Shown in pieces: positions 62,834 through 64,000 of a stretch of 64,000 nucleotides of DNA. How positions within the stretch are numbered: position 1 is the first letter of the stretch; each line of letters opens with the position of its first letter. Below the pieces are notes generated by a model that saw only the letters and a list, made by a program, of their open reading frames with translations, searched no databases and had not been told where the DNA came from. The DNA lies in the UHGV virus genome UHGV-1351770. One strand, written 5' to 3'. Made by a program: the position numbers and the translations under genes. This stretch comes from a virus.

Positions 62834-64000
62834 TTAACCACCAGCACTAACTGTGATAGTTTTAGTACCTTCTACACCAGAACCGTCTTTAGCTACAGCC
62901 TTCACAGTAACTGCACCAGTTTTAGAGGCATCAGCTGTTAATAATCCAGATTCTGCATCAATCGTAGCTGCGTTACCGCTAGAAATAGACCAAATTACAG
63001 CCTTATTAGTAGCTTCTGGAGGTGTTACCTCAACAGACATCTGTAAAGTATTACTATTTGTTACAGAAGTAGCCTCACCAGCCGATTTAACTGTGATTGA
63101 TTCAACTAGTTTTGGTGGAGTTTTAGCACCATCCCCTGTAGCAATCAGATTAGCCACAGTAGTTTTTGTATACTTGTTAGAAAATCCGAGATAACCCTCG
63201 TCACCAGTATCCAAATCTGTAGGAATAGCCTTAAACTCTACTGAAGTACCAAGTACATCATCAGTCTCAATAGTAGGAATGTTAACGTGCGCCTGTTTAG
63301 CAACTAACACAGCTGCCGGACGTTCCTCGTCATATTCACCACCCAAAATAAGTGCGATTTCAAAACGGTTAACTACCTTAAGGGTTTTAATTAGATCTTT
63401 ATATAATTCCATAGATCCTAGAGACTTATCATTAAGGTATGCTGTCAAAGAACCCGTTAGTTCAAACGCACCAGTAAATGAGCCGATTGGAATATTTACA
63501 CGTGACATAATATTCGGGGTTAGGTACGTGATGTTGTTATTAATGGTAAAAGTACCACCAGTAATAGGAATATCATATGCCTTATCAGAATCCATATCCT
63601 TAATTTTTAGGATAGTTAACTTGTTCTTAATGTAAGAACTCTGAATAGTTATATAGGTTTCATCATCAATACCTAATGCATCAGGGTCAAATGGTTGGCT
63701 GTCTAACGGGATGAGCTGATTACCATTACCAGACCAAGTTACACGACCAATATCTTCAATATCAACGTTAACTTCTGCCTGGTTGATCTGGCAAGAGTCA
63801 ATGTAACTCCACGCATTGTCAGTTAGAATGTAAATATGCAGCATAGCCAGTTCGTGATATGCGTTATCTTTGAAGTTAACCATGAAGTTAGTAGCATTAT
63901 TATGTGCTCCGGTATCTCCATCAAGGTTAATAGCTTTACCACTAGAAAGTGCATGCCATAACATATAGTCAGGAACAATTTGTTTGCTAGTAGTTTTATC
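62834..64000 (-). CDS. Major tail tube protein (T5 pb6-like) with C-terminal Ig-like (BIG2) domain; 5' end lies beyond the window
   Basis: The C-terminal approximately 90 aa form a Thr/Val/Ser-rich Ig-like domain. The frame stays open upstream of the ATG at 63964 to the window edge. Confidence 0.65.
   Translation of the reverse strand, partial: DKTTSKQIVPDYMLWHALSSGKAINLDGDTGAHNNATNFMVNFKDNAYHELAMLHIYILTDNAWSYIDSCQINQAEVNVDIEDIGRVTWSGNGNQLIPLDSQPFDPDALGIDDETYITIQSSYIKNKLTILKIKDMDSDKAYDIPITGGTFTINNNITYLTPNIMSRVNIPIGSFTGAFELTGSLTAYLNDKSLGSMELYKDLIKTLKVVNRFEIALILGGEYDEERPAAVLVAKQAHVNIPTIETDDVLGTSVEFKAIPTDLDTGDEGYLGFSNKYTKTTVANLIATGDGAKTPPKLVESITVKSAGEATSVTNSNTLQMSVEVTPPEATNKAVIWSISSGNAATIDAESGLLTADASKTGAVTVKAVAKDGSGVEGTKTITVSAGG

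Noticed and set aside
1-64000. CRISPR arrays, integrases/transposases, attachment sites
   Set aside because: No spacer-repeat arrays and no recombinase genes were seen. The content is that of a virulent T5-like phage, not a prophage or mobile element.

Overview
This window reads as a contiguous piece of a T5-like (Demerecviridae/Tequintavirus-like) virulent siphophage genome, organised in three transcription blocks. (1) Positions 1-19.6 kb, minus strand: an early block carrying a tRNA cluster (about 10 tRNA or tRNA-like genes) and many small ORFs. Recognisable products are a TOPRIM-fold protein, a frameshifted SPFH/HflK-like protein, a YqeY/GatB-domain protein, a SleB-like cell-wall hydrolase, a stand-alone CheY-like receiver domain, a DEDDh exonuclease, a NADAR protein, RNase H, thymidylate synthase, DHFR, NrdB, NrdA and PhoH. 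A three-gene cassette at 3.4-5.1 kb is inverted onto the plus strand inside this block. (2) Positions 19.9-46.6 kb, plus strand: the replication (D-type) block. It holds NrdD, a Sir2-like/HAD-like operon with a tandem paralog pair, an AEP-like primase-helicase, an HTH regulator, an NAD-ligase split into two ORFs, a DnaB-like helicase, a DnaG-like primase, family-A DNA polymerase (855 aa, TTG start), a D10-like helicase, SbcD/SbcC-like D12/D13, a resolvase-like D14, flap endonuclease D15 (291 aa) and dUTPase. (3) Positions 46.8-64.0 kb, minus strand: the late tail block, convergent with the replication block at a bidirectional terminator. It runs from a partial tail tube gene (pb6-like, Ig domain) through a 299-aa tail protein, a G/T-like chaperone pair, the tape measure protein (pb2-like, 1226 aa), pb9-like, pb3-like (949 aa), pb4-like and p132-like proteins, to an L-shaped tail fibre locus split into LtfA (with Ser/Ala/Thr tandem repeats), two small ATGA-coupled ORFs and LtfB (with a C-terminal intramolecular chaperone domain). 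A sigma70-type early promoter (TTGCTw -35, 17 bp, TATAATA) fused to a conserved leader ending in the SD GAGAGG recurs about 25 times on both strands. Many rho-independent terminators are readable. Most notable observations: the inverted plus-strand cassette encoding low-complexity Gly-zipper, Gln-rich and Cys-pair proteins; non-canonical tRNAs; a frameshifted SPFH gene; a Sir2-like/HAD-like accessory operon; the split ligase; a +1-frame tail-chaperone arrangement; and transcribed non-coding tracts.
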